A stretch of 64,000 nucleotides of DNA from the NCBI RefSeq assembly GCF_009914755.1, contig NC_060945.1, one strand, 5' to 3'. Below, piece after piece: positions 62,251 to 64,000 of this stretch (its first letter is position 1; every line of letters starts with the position of its first letter). The DNA is from the human T2T-CHM13v2.0 reference genome, Homo sapiens. A model generated the notes under the pieces. The model was not told where the DNA came from and made no database searches. It was given only the letters and a program-made list of their open reading frames with translations. The translations under genes were made by a program, and so were the position numbers.

Positions 62251-64000
62251 TTATTATGTATTTTTAAGCAAATTATTGGATCATACCATTGCACCCAAAC
62301 AATGCTGCCGTGTTACACAGCCATTTGTCCAGCCTCCTGTTCTATGGATGAAGATCACCAGGGTTCTCCACTTTCCAGACGAACGAAGCCACTGACGACC
62401 CGACAGGCCACGTGACTTGGCACAGCGCAGCCCTCAGGATCAGGGTCCTATCAGAGCCCTCTGGGGATGCTGGTTGTGCCTGGTGGCATTGCAGGAGGGA
62501 ACGAGCCCTGCCTGGACTGTCCCCAGGTGATCACACACATGCCACCGGGATGAGGCAGGAGGGTGGACCCTTGTGAGAGGAACAAGCCACGGGTGCTCTG
62601 TCCCCTGGCATCCCCTCAGCAGCAGGACTCTAAATCCCCTCGCCTCCTACTGAAGGAGGAGAGAAATGAGTAAGAAATTGAAGTTACCACTAACGTTATT
62701 TTTAGAAACTGCAGTACGAAATGAAAAAAAAATGTCTCCAGACTGCCGAGTGGGGGAAACGAGAAATACATGCCTCCAAATTATATGAAAGGCAAGAAAA
62801 CCACCCAAGTGCCAGTGACTCACAGGAGCTGGGGTGGGTTCAATCAGGATAGGGAACTCCTGGAGGGCCTTCAACTGGGCGGCAAGTTGATGGCACTGCT
62901 GTCACCCTGCAGGAAAGACCCGGCTCTCTTCCAAAGCCTCCCCAGCCATTTGCAAGCTCAGCGTGGGAAGCAGGCTGGGCTGAGCACGTCCAGGGCTCCC
63001 AAACTACGCTGGAGCCAAAATCCAGGACTCCCGCCTGAATTGGGATCCTTGGAGCGGGGTGCTGGAGGGAATGCTGCGGCCTCTCAGGTCTGTGACCGCG
63101 TCCACGCCAAGGCTTGCTGCATGCAACCCGTAAGCTGAGAGTTGCCACCATCCAGACACCACCCTGTGCAGCGGAGTGGGGCAGGGCAGGACTGAGAGAC
63201 GGTGTCTGCCCTCCAGACCACCTTGCAGGCCCATGCTGTGGGGCTCAGTCTCCCTCACCCTGGGGCATGGATCAAGCAGGCCTGTCCCCTCTAAGAATGC
63301 CCCATCTCTGTAGTCCTCTGTAAAAGTCACTAATGCTTTCTGCCAAGTATTTCCAATTCTTGCCCCTTCTAGGCTCCTGCAGCAATTCCGCTCCCAGCCT
63401 CCTACCATGTTGGCCAACATTTTGACACGTGAACCTTCTGGGCTGGGCATGGGTCATGTGGCAGAGCCATTTCCCCTGGCCATGGGGACTGGCAACATCC
63501 GACACGTCGGCTGCTCAGTGAGCCTGGTCCAGGCGTGGCAGTGTGAGGCAGAGTCCCCCAGCCCAGTAGCCCCCCAGTAACTGGGTAACCAATGTGACAG
63601 GACGGCCACGGGGAGGCCGGGGTGGTGCTCAGTGGGCAGAGGTGGCTCATTTACAGCACTGTGCCTGTGACGCTGTGGGAAGCCGACCTCACACCTAACA
63701 AAATCGCAGCTCCAGAGGAGGGGCCTGGAAACGATGTTAGTAGTAATGGGTGTTGCTTGCCTTTGGATTGCTTTAGAAAGATATTATAAGGAAATGATGC
63801 ACTCAGAAAGTAATTATGTGGTTTGTAAGCCAGGATGAAAGGGAACGGAGAGTTCAATTCAGGAACGTGCAGGACTAAACAGAAGCTCCTCAAATACCAA
63901 CAGCAAAATGGTAAAATGGAAAGATGCCTGAAGCAACAGCTGCCACAAAAGCTCAACGTCTTCAAGAGGGAAATCAAGCCATGGCCTCATGTCCACTTCC

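Overview
This window is mammalian (human-type) genomic DNA, not prokaryotic. It holds the 3' three-quarters of SLC37A1, an ER sugar-phosphate/Pi exchanger of the MFS organophosphate:Pi antiporter family (human chr21q22.3, recognised from the protein sequence), on the + strand. I assembled 17 coding exons (4410..50008) with GT-AG boundaries and consistent phases. They total 1464 nt, i.e. 487 codons plus TGA, from GELHKYCTAW to GDQVPFKEQ*. The first ~46 codons and the promoter lie upstream of the window. The 3' UTR runs to an AATAAA at 51051. Introns and the 13 kb downstream flank contain Alu, L1, L2, MIR, LTR (MaLR, MLT2, MER4-group) and DNA-transposon (MER1B, MER20, Tigger4, MER58) remnants, plus many minisatellites. 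Nearly all ORF-track entries are spurious. The best leads are: (1) a candidate in-frame 15-nt microexon (EQTTQ, 26550-26564) in the central loop; (2) a duplicated 51-bp palindromic element with a compensatory base change, bracketing the 38-nt exon; (3) an intronic stop plus poly(A) signal that could yield a Delta-FKEQ, ARE-less isoform; (4) an ~18.8-copy, indel-free 51-bp CpG-rich VNTR carrying 18 antisense 5' splice sites and open in several frames; (5) a 51/56-bp higher-order VNTR carrying STAT and M-box motifs. All functional readings are untested hypotheses, and repeat subfamily names come from recognition rather than a database search.
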